From assembly GCA_964019335.1 (NCBI GenBank), contig OZ025734.1, positions 248,001 to 312,000 of the forward strand: 64,000 bases of DNA. Reading direction: 5' to 3'. Made by a program: the position numbers and the translations under genes. A model generated the notes under the pieces. That model saw only the letters and a list, made by a program, of their open reading frames with translations, was not told the DNA's origin and searched no databases. The stretch comes from Diplonema japonicum (taxonomy: Eukaryota; Protista; Euglenozoa: Diplonemea). Shown here in pieces: positions 55,930 through 64,000 of this stretch. How positions within the stretch are numbered: position 1 is the stretch's first letter; the number at the start of each line of letters is the position of its first letter.

Positions 55930-56652
55930 TTTTTTTTTTTTTTTTTTTTTTGCAAAACCCACATCATGTAGTAAAAATAAAAAAAAGAAAGAAAGCATAA
56001 GAAGATTTAAAAAAGTCGATGTCACATGCAAACTCCTTTGGTAAGCGTTCTTTTTCTTTCAAGCGATAGTTATATGTACTTATAAAATATAGCGCGCATT
56101 CGACGACGCATGCAAACTCCGCGCGAGAGCCGCAGGCCCAAAAAAGAAACAAACTAAATAAAGTTCACAAAAATAGAAAAGCTGAACGTTCCGAGTTTGC
56201 AGGTAAGGTAACACAAAGCGGAGTGATGTGTGCCAAAAGCCAACACCATCAAAAGTGCCACGAAGTGGGAACGAGAAGGGTTGGTGGACACACCACTGCA
56301 AAGCTTCAAGAAAAAAAGGGGGGGATGAAAAATGATTCAATTCTTTTTTGACTTTCTCTCGACTCACTCAGATCAACTCAATAAAAAAAAACCCACGACC
56401 ACCCCCACCACCTATCTTCTTCTTCTTAGCGATGACCTTCTCAGTGGTCTTGGTGACCTTATGAAAAAATAAATTAGATCTGTTGATGAGGAAAAAGAAG
56501 AGAAAACATATGAGATAAAGCAGGCCCGAGTGTCGTCCTGCTGAATAACGTGGCAAGTAATTCCGTGCGGTGCGATTGGGGAAGGTGGCACGAGGAAGAA
56601 TGAAAGAAACAGGTGGGAGAAAAATTGGAGAGATAATAACACCACAAGCTCT

Positions 56653-57719
56653 TCACTGCCTTTCATCGTGGTCTTCGTACTTCCTCTTCACACCCCTCTT
56701 TTCGGGAGAAGCCTCCTTGCGCCTTGCCAGAAGAAGTGCCCGAATGGACTCAACGTTGCCCCCCTCAGCCGCGTAGAACAGTGGGGTGTGCCCCTCCCCG
56801 TCCCTCACACAAGGGTCCTGCTCGTAGGAATCCAGTAGCAGCTGCATCGCCTCAGTACAGTTTGCAGCAGCCATGTGCAAAGGGGTGAGCCCCTCCCCGT
56901 CCCTCACACAAGGGTCCTGCTTGTACTCATCGATGAGGAGTTTCACCGCCTCCAAGCTGCCCCTTGCTGCATAGTGCAAGGGTGTCTCGCCATTGTCATC
57001 CCTCATGCTAGGGCCCACTTTGCACTCATCGAGGAGGTACCTCAGCACCTCCATGCACCCATAACTTGCTGCATCATGAATGGCGGTGCTTCTAATGTCT
57101 GACTCGGTGCAAGGGTCAAGCTTGCACTCTTCGACAAAATACTTCACCACATCAACTCGGTTGTTCATAGCTGCCCTGTGCAAGGGTGTGGTGCCTTTCC
57201 CATCCCCCATCCCAGGGTCAAGCTTGCAGACTTCAGTGAGATACCTGACAACATGCAGCTGTCCCTTCTCTGCTGCGGTGTCCATGGGTGCGAAGCCGTC
57301 TGTGGTCCTTGAGCCAGGGTTTTGCTTGTGAACTTCGACAAGGTGCCTCACTGCCTCCAGATGACCACCCTGTGCTGCATACATAATCGGCGTGAATACC
57401 TTGTCCTGGACCGTCAGCTCCTGCTTGTAAACATTGACGAGACAGTCAATTGCCGCAAGCTTGCCATTCAGAGCAGCGAAGTGGAGAGGTGTGGTGCCGT
57501 TGGTGTTCCTTGCCCCAGGGTCCAGCTTGTACTCGTCGATGAGGAGCCTCATGGCAGTGACCTGATCGTGCTTTGCTGCAGTGTGCAAAGCTGTCAAACC
57601 ACACGGACAGTCACACTTCTGTGAACCCCGTACTTCTGAATGATTGCCTTCATGTGTTGGAGGTTGCCTGTCGTAGCAGCGGACTCCACCTCGCCAAACA
57701 CTTCATTGTTCTCATCCAT
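56653..57719 (-). pseudogene. Ankyrin-repeat protein, copy 5, with 1-nt frameshift near 57609
   Basis: acacggac-agtcac versus acacggaccagtcac in paralogues; could also be a sequencing error. Confidence 0.75.
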
Positions 57720-57811
57720 GTTGCCTGTGCTGCTTGTGGAGGGTGAAGAAGGGGATCAGTGGTTGCTGAAACAATATTCTCGAAATTGGGAAAAATGCCA
57801 AGCTCTTTTTT

Positions 57812-57903
57812 TTTGTCAGCAGGCAATAAGAACATTCGCATTGCAGGCTTGCTGCTCAGAAGTCTAACACGTGATTGAGGTTGCCGTGTGGTCATCATGC
57901 AGA
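57812..57903 (-). ncRNA. Box C/D snoRNA type 1 copy
   Basis: Identical between C and D boxes to 12299-12381. Confidence 0.82.
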
Positions 57904-57924
57904 GGGGGGTCCGGTGGGAAACAC

Positions 57925-57994
57925 ACATCTCAGAGAGGACAAGTCACGGTGCACTCCGCAAAGGGGTCATCAGAGGCCGTGTGCAAAACTCTTA
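57925..57994 (-). ncRNA. AGA-box RNA type 2 copy
   Basis: Same as 12555-12624. Confidence 0.72.
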
Positions 57995-58081
57995 TGGCTT
58001 TCAGCTACGTATCAAGATTTTATTTCCTTTACTTATAATCCCTTGTCTTTTTTTATTTTTTATATTTTTGGTTTTTCTTCT

Positions 58082-58193
58082 TTGTTCAGAAGGAATCCAA
58101 CTTTTTTCAAAAATATCGATCTCAGCTGGAAAAGGAGAACCCATTTCCATCGAGTGGTTAATTAAACATGTATTTTGAACGATCATCATTGCA
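58082..58193 (-). ncRNA. Box C/D snoRNA type 2 copy
   Basis: C and D boxes and guide intact. Confidence 0.82.
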
Positions 58194-59579
58194 ACACACC
58201 AGTTAGCTCACAGTAACACCAGTATGCATGTGGAGTCGGCGAAAAAACGCTGTTACGGAAAGAGGCCAGAAAATCAAAGACACGCTCACAGCCCCTCTAA
58301 GTAGGGAGCTGTTTGGGTGGTCGAGAACAGGGGTCTCTTGTCGTAGCCATGCGTCGCTGGTGCACCTAGGTTCCTCAGGGAGTTCATCGAGTGCATCAGA
58401 AAGCCCAGGGAGGCCGACACTGTCTCTTTATAGCCGCCTGAACCATACCATGAAGCATAAGCACAAAATTGCAGATTGACTGCCACGCTGAAGGCGTGGA
58501 CGAGCAGTGCAAGCAACCCCCTGTCTTGACGCCATGCCAACCTGGACTTCCTGGATTTGGGGGGGTTTGGGGGTGCCATCGCTAGGAAATAAATAAAATT
58601 ACTATCCCTTGGTTGATAACCTGTCCCTCCGTATCTGATTTTTCCTCGCTTCGCTCTTGAAAATCACCCCCCCCCCCCCCCCGGGACAGTTAATCAGCTG
58701 GAAATAAAGTCCACTTTTTATTTTTCATAAACCAATAGTTAATCTTTTCAAAGCAATATGTTTGTTGCCAAAAGCAAATAAAACAAAAAAAAAAGAAGAA
58801 GAAGAAGAAAAATATTCTTTTAAGGGTGCGTCCTCCTATACAGCGCAGGGAGTTGACGCGCCCCTCTCGCGCTGCTGGGAACGCCGTCCCTCTGCCATCA
58901 GCGTGGTGCAGGTCCTGGACACGTCTCAGCACATACCGCAGCCTCCTTGCCTTGACGCCCAGGTCCTCCACCTTGCCCACTTCCCCGCCGTCGTCCAGCG
59001 GCAGCTCCATCTCCCGCTCGAAGTCGAGGGCAAGCTCAGCGTCGTTACCGCAGTGTGCCGCCCACGCGCGTCATCCCACAGCAAGCCACTCAACCACCTC
59101 AGCAGTTTGACCATCACTATCCCCGACGTTCTCAGCCCCGCAATTCGGCCACCGTCGGCGTCGGGTGTGCCCTTGTGCGCCCGTGACCACCCGCCCGCCA
59201 TGGTATGTCTGCGTCTGCAGTGCGCGGTTCGCAACCTCCAGCAGGTACTTTCCAACAGGGCCCTCAGCTTATCTTGGCATCCCCTGGGCACTCCCGTGAG
59301 GCTCGCGTACTCCGTCTTGCCCCGCACCGCATCTCGAAAAAAGAAAAAAAAAAAGAAGAAGAGTATCTTTTTTTGACCGTGCCAACTGTAAATTAGATAA
59401 TTCAAACCGCACCTGGTCTGCTAAACTCGAGGGCGTGCACGCGTCACCCTTTTTCATATGAGGACTACAAAAAAAATAAAAAGAAATCCAGGGGTGGCGG
59501 TGGTGGTGGTGGTGGGGGAACCGTCTAAATGCCCAGTAAGAACAGCATCCGAGGGCGAAAAAAAAAAAAAAAAAAAAAA

Positions 59580-60437
59580 AAATTGTGCCAAGAACCTGCG
59601 CTGATCGTGTTCGACCCCTTTTGCCTCGTCCGACGGGGTCTCCGGTATCTCCCTTCCCTGATATCTGATACGAATCTCGCTCCAGATCTCGCGTCGCACA
59701 AACGGATTTGTGAAGTATCCCTTCCATGAGATAGGGCGTTTTATATCAAGGGAATCGGGAAGGGTTTCGAAGGAGCCGACATGTCCCAAGCGTCCCTGGA
59801 AGCTTGCAGGCTGACCTCCACGGTCAGTGAGGTCTCCGCGACCTAGCAAGCTTCCGGACTGACCTCCGCGGTCAGTGGGGCCTCCGCGGCCCATTTCTTG
59901 TCCAGGCTGACCTCCGCGGTCAGCGAGGCCTCCACGGCCTAGGACCTCTTCGGGCTGACCTCCGCGGTCAGCGGGGCCTCCGCGGCCCGTTTCCTCAGTG
60001 AGGTCAACAAGCTCTCCGTGTCTCGTGTGTATGTAGGCAACACCTTGAGGACTGCTCAGGAAAGCTTCAACTGCTTCCGTCAAGGAGTTCTTGGAAGGAG
60101 TTGATCCTTCCGGAGGCACAGGGGCCTTCGGGGAGGGAGTGGGAATGATCATCTCTTCGCCGTTGATCTGAACTGCCCACAGGCAGGGTGGACACACCCA
60201 GCTTCCTAGTTCAAGGTCGGCAGTGAAAGTCTTTCCCGCCTTCTTCAGCGTAGACTTAAGACAGGAAGGACTTCCTACCTTGCCGCAGCGACAGCAGTTG
60301 TATCCTGAACTGTGGTTTTTCTCACATTCAAGGAATATGCAACTGTCTGACGCTGGAGCCTTCTCCTCGTGGAGAGGGTACTCCGTCGCGGTAAGCAGAT
60401 CGAGCTTTTCACCTTCAAAGGGGATGGTCACAGACAT
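59580..60437 (-). CDS. PHD-finger-like protein with RGG repeats (3' end uncertain; possibly transposon-derived)
   Basis: CxxxxC...CxxC...C...WxCxxC in the 59454-60857 ORF from MSVTIPF; four 16-aa GRGGxxDRGGQP repeats; frame runs into poly-T. Confidence 0.5.
59811..59990. repeat. 4 x 48-bp repeat containing ctgacc-tccgc-ggtcag hairpins
   Basis: Directly visible. Confidence 0.85.
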
Positions 60438-60590
60438 TATTTTTTGTTTGTGCACAGCCGGGATTAACCTGTAGAAGGATAAGCCCAACAATGCTACCAC
60501 TACTCTTTTTAGCAATAACAATTCATTATCAATATATTGTTTTTCTTGTTCATGCAAAAAAAAAAAAAAAACAGCTCTTTCTCCATGCTT

Positions 60591-60622
<32 letters not shown>

Positions 60623-60645
60623 GTTTGCCTCTCCAATACCTCACT

Positions 60646-61422
60646 TTAGAGCTTTGCGAAATCAATGCCCTGACGTGGGGAGAGGAACCTTGTGAGGTGG
60701 TCTGACTTGCCCATCCATCTAAAAACGGCCGATCGGTTTCCCCTGTCGAGGCGGGCGAATGCCGTCTCCGTGTTCCCCAAGAGGAACATGGAAGGCTTGT
60801 TGTGGATGTCAAGCAGAGCGGAGAACAGGAAAGTAAGGAAATGTTGATGGCAGACAATTATCAAAAGCTTCGACCCAACCTCATCATGGAGGTCTTTTGA
60901 GTAAAGCCAGTCGGACATGAGTTTAGCCCGTTCGCGGCATTCTTTACGGGATTCTCTCTTTCCGGAGTGGGTTTGTGTGAACCAAGGACGGTCCTGTGGT
61001 AGGAGGGAGACGTCGTAGTTGAATTTGTTCGCAATGTCCTGACCGGTGTTGCAGGGGCCCACGCTGTGCAACATGGTGTCGGGGTCGGTCTGGTAAATAC
61101 CTCCTTCTTCATGTAGAAGAGGGTGTACCTTAACGTTGAGGTTGAGGAGCCCTGCTAGAGGTTGGATCGTTTTGCACGTGCGCTGCATTGCTGAGGTGTA
61201 GACCACCAGATCCTCTTCATCCAGAGTTCTCGCATAGTACTCCCCAAGCTTCTGAGACTCTTCCTTCCCCTTGGCCGTCAGGTCTGCGTCGTTGGATCTC
61301 TTCGTGAACCATCTGCGCGAAGCTTCCTTCCCGTCGATCTCCTTCTTCGCCAGCGCGTCTTCGATCTTCGCCTGCAGCTCGTTGTTCTCAGACTGAGCGT
61401 GCCTTATGAACATCACCCTCAT
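60646..61422 (-). CDS. Histidine phosphatase / phosphoglycerate mutase family protein
   Basis: FIRHAQS (RHG-type motif), LT..G..E, YTSAMQRT, LHE, RES, VCH. Confidence 0.9.
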   Translation of the reverse strand: MRVMFIRHAQSENNELQAKIEDALAKKEIDGKEASRRWFTKRSNDADLTAKGKEESQKLGEYYARTLDEEDLVVYTSAMQRTCKTIQPLAGLLNLNVKVHPLLHEEGGIYQTDPDTMLHSVGPCNTGQDIANKFNYDVSLLPQDRPWFTQTHSGKRESRKECRERAKLMSDWLYSKDLHDEVGSKLLIIVCHQHFLTFLFSALLDIHNKPSMFLLGNTETAFARLDRGNRSAVFRWMGKSDHLTRFLSPRQGIDFAKL

Positions 61423-61926
61423 TTTTTTTTTTTTTTTTTTTAAAGTTTATGGTCAGAAAAAAAAAAATTTCGGGATCACTGATTTTTTTAAGAGGCAAAA
61501 GTGTTAAGAATTAGTTTTTCAGGAACCCTTTTGAAAAAAAAAGTAAATTATAGGGCTTAAACCCCCCCCCCCCCCCCCCCCCCGGTTTTTCTGTTGCAAA
61601 AGCCATATATTTTTCTCAAAGTACTTTTAACAGTAACCCACGCAGAAGCACTTTTATGCACCCTAGGTGCTATTTCAAGCTTTAAAATTGCATTTTTTTT
61701 TAAAACTTCTGTTTTTTCGCTTCCCGTGGCCCGGTTGCAAAGCCACCCTTATGGTAAAACAAGCAAGAGGTACTATATAGTTGTATGCCATTTTTCTCTC
61801 TCTTTTTTTTTTTTTGCTCAAAAATAATCATAACAAAAAAAAAGTGATGACATTCTAATCCGGACAACCTAATGTGAAGTTTGCAACTGCTTGCGACAGA
61901 TATCAACAATCCCTTTCTCCTGTTTT

Positions 61927-62035
61927 ATTTTCAGAAGGAATCCAACTTTTCAAAAATATCGATCTCAGCTGGAAAAGGCGAACCCTTTCCATCGAGTGGT
62001 TAATTAAACATGTATTTTGAACGATCATCATTTTT
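61927..62035 (-). ncRNA. Box C/D snoRNA type 2 copy
   Basis: C and D boxes and guide intact. Confidence 0.82.
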
Positions 62036-62311
62036 GCAAAAACCAAACACACAGCCAAGTAGATCACATCTCAGAGAGGACAAGTCACGGTGCACTCCGC
62101 AAAGGGGGTCATCAGAGGCCGTGTGCAAAACTCTTTTATAATACATAACATATCGGTGAGAGGTGCTGCTCGGGACGCTCTGCACGGTACTTCACCGTCT
62201 CTCCCCGTCAGCGGTAAGTTCACTCTGCCGCATGGGGAGGCAGCCAGAATCCAGAATGAGGGTGTGGCCATCGGAGGCCGTGTCCACAAAGTTCTTGCCT
62301 TCCACAGGGGA

Positions 62312-62403
62312 GGGGTCAGCAGGCAATAAGAACATTCGCATTGCAGGCTTGCTGCTCAGAAGTCTAACACGTGATTGAGGTTGCCGTGTGGTCATCATGC
62401 AGA
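62312..62403 (-). ncRNA. Box C/D snoRNA type 1 copy
   Basis: Identical core. Confidence 0.85.
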
Positions 62404-62845
62404 GGGGGTCACAGAAGATGGTCAAAGCTGGGGGAGACACATGTCAGAAAGGACAAGTCACGGTGCACTCCGCAAAGTGTGCAAAAGTCCTACCCTTCGA
62501 AATGTCATATCTGACACAAGCGCGAAGACCTAACGCTGCACAGGTGTCTGTCGCAGCAACGAAAGGCGCTTAAGCTGTGTGGGCCGTCTCTTTTAGGATT
62601 CATCTCAGAGAGGACAAGTCACGGTGCACTCCGCAAAGGGGGTCATCAGAGGCCGTGTGCAAAACTCTTTTATAATACATAACATATCGGTGAGAGGTGC
62701 TGCTCGGGACGCTCTGCACGGTACTTCACCGTCTCTCCCCGTCAGCGGTAAGTTCACTCTGCCGCATGGGGAGGCAGCCAGAATCCAGAATGAGGGTGTG
62801 GCCATCGGAGGCCGTGTCCACAAAGTTCTTGCCTTCCACAGGGGA

Positions 62846-62937
62846 GGGGTCAGCAGGCAATAAGAACATTCGCATTGCAGGCTTGCTGCTCAGAAGTCTA
62901 ACACGTGATTGAGGTTGCCGTGTGGTCATCATGCAGA
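62846..62937 (-). ncRNA. Box C/D snoRNA type 1 copy
   Basis: Identical core. Confidence 0.85.
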
Positions 62938-63248
62938 GGGGGTCACAGAAGATGGTCAAAGCTGGGGGAGACACATGTCAGAAAGGACAAGTCACGGTGC
63001 ACTCCGCAAAGTGTGCAAAAGTCCTACCCTTCGAAATGTCATATCTGACACAAGCGCGAAGACCTAACGCTGCACAGGTGTCTGTCGCAGCAACGAAAGG
63101 CGCTTAAGCTGTGTGGGCCGTCTCTTTTAGGATTCATCTCAGAGAGGACAAGTCACGGTGCACTCCGCAAAGGGGTCATCAGAGGCCGTGTGCAAAACTC
63201 TTATGGTTTTTAGATGCCGAATATCAAGGTTTTCCTTTGGTAGTTCTT

Positions 63249-63359
63249 TTGTTCAGAAGGAATCCAACTTTTTTCAAAAATATCGATCTCAGCTGGAAAA
63301 GGCGAACCCTTTCCATCGAGTGGTTAATTAAACATGTATTTTGAACGATCATCATTTTT
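63249..63359 (-). ncRNA. Box C/D snoRNA type 2 copy
   Basis: C and D boxes and guide intact. Confidence 0.82.
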
Positions 63360-63758
63360 CTTTCCACCAAGGTTGTGTTGCACTCAAAACGCAAGAAAAA
63401 AAAAAAAAAAAAAAAAAAGAAAAAAAAATGACATTTAAAAAAAGAAGCCAAAATGAAGATTTAAAAAAGAAACAAGATAAAGTTCACAAAAATAGAAAAC
63501 TGAAAAACAAAAAGCTGAACGTTCCGAGTTTGCAGGTAAGGTAACACAAAGCGGAGTGATGTGTGCCAAAAGCCAACACCATCAAAAGTGCCACGAAGTG
63601 GGAACGAGAAGGGTTGGTGGACACACCACTGCAAAGCTTCAAGAAAAAAAAGGGGGGGGGGGAATGGAAAATGATTCAAAAACTCTTTTTGATTTTCTCT
63701 CAACTCAACTCAATAACTAAAAGTCCCCCCCACCACCACGACCACCACCACCACCTAT

Positions 63759-64000
63759 CTACTTCTTCTTAGCGATGACCTTCTCAGTGGTCTTGGTGAC
63801 CTTGCCAAGCATGACGACCCCGTTGCCCTCCATGATGGCGACACGGGAGAGACCCTCGCAGTTCTTGAAGGTGTCGACGACGAGGGGCTGCTGGGGGGCG
63901 AAGACGACCTCAGCCATCTCGTTGGCCTTCAGGCAGTGGGGCTCCTCCGCCTTCTTCCCGCCAGTCTCCTTCCCCATCTTCCACACCAGCTGGGTCATCC
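63759..64000 (-). CDS. EFL: Second EFL copy, 3' end only (continues beyond the right edge)
   Basis: Matches 53668-53909, and the downstream about 400 bp is also duplicated. Confidence 0.92.
   Translation of the reverse strand, partial: MTQLVWKMGKETGGKKAEEPHCLKANEMAEVVFAPQQPLVVDTFKNCEGLSRVAIMEGNGVVMLGKVTKTTEKVIAKKK

Larger units (their letters stand above)
62066..63203 (-). repeat. Tandem 534-bp snoRNA cluster repeat (2 full units plus a partial one)
   Basis: 62071-62604 matches 62605-63138. Contains AGA type 2 (62066-62136, 62600-62670, 63134-63203), a three-hairpin RNA candidate, C/D type 1 and AGA type 1 (62507-62582, 63041-63116). Confidence 0.92.

Noticed and set aside
59811-59990. CRISPR-like palindromic repeats
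   Set aside because: 48-bp in-frame coding repeats with short related spacers; eukaryotic context; no cas genes
62213-62222. ACTTACC resembling the U1 snRNA 5' end
   Set aside because: Internal to a hairpin, lacks the following UG and other U1 features

Overview
This is eukaryotic DNA, most likely from a diplonemid (Euglenozoa). The evidence is a diplonemid-type spliced-leader (SL) exon at 2143-2179(-), an EFL gene instead of EF-1alpha, single-hairpin AGA-box snoRNAs, short GT-AG introns, and every host gene lying on the minus strand. Host genes are a PDZ-like protein, a cytochrome b5-domain protein, a PB1-TPR protein, five ankyrin-repeat paralogues (some disrupted), a kelch protein, a hypothetical protein, EFL (one full copy and one cut by the window edge), a histidine phosphatase, and a giant 1,3-beta-glucan synthase. 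After five introns are spliced, the synthase is about 5,389 aa: signal peptide, catalytically degenerate GH81 domain, second GH-like barrel, GT48 core, 17 Trp/Pro-rich repeats and a PDZ domain. Clusters of box C/D and AGA-box snoRNAs are amplified and scattered alongside EFL and ankyrin fragments. Mobile DNA includes the 5' end of a non-LTR retrotransposon headed by an SL exon, with ORF1 joined to ORF2 by one in-frame TGA and a 2A-like motif. It also includes a 5'-truncated Penelope-like element carrying Josephin-like protease domains, a decayed DD35D pogo transposase, and Crypton-like tyrosine-recombinase relics, one of which holds two convergent tRNA-like units. All family assignments come from motif recognition by eye; no database searches were run.
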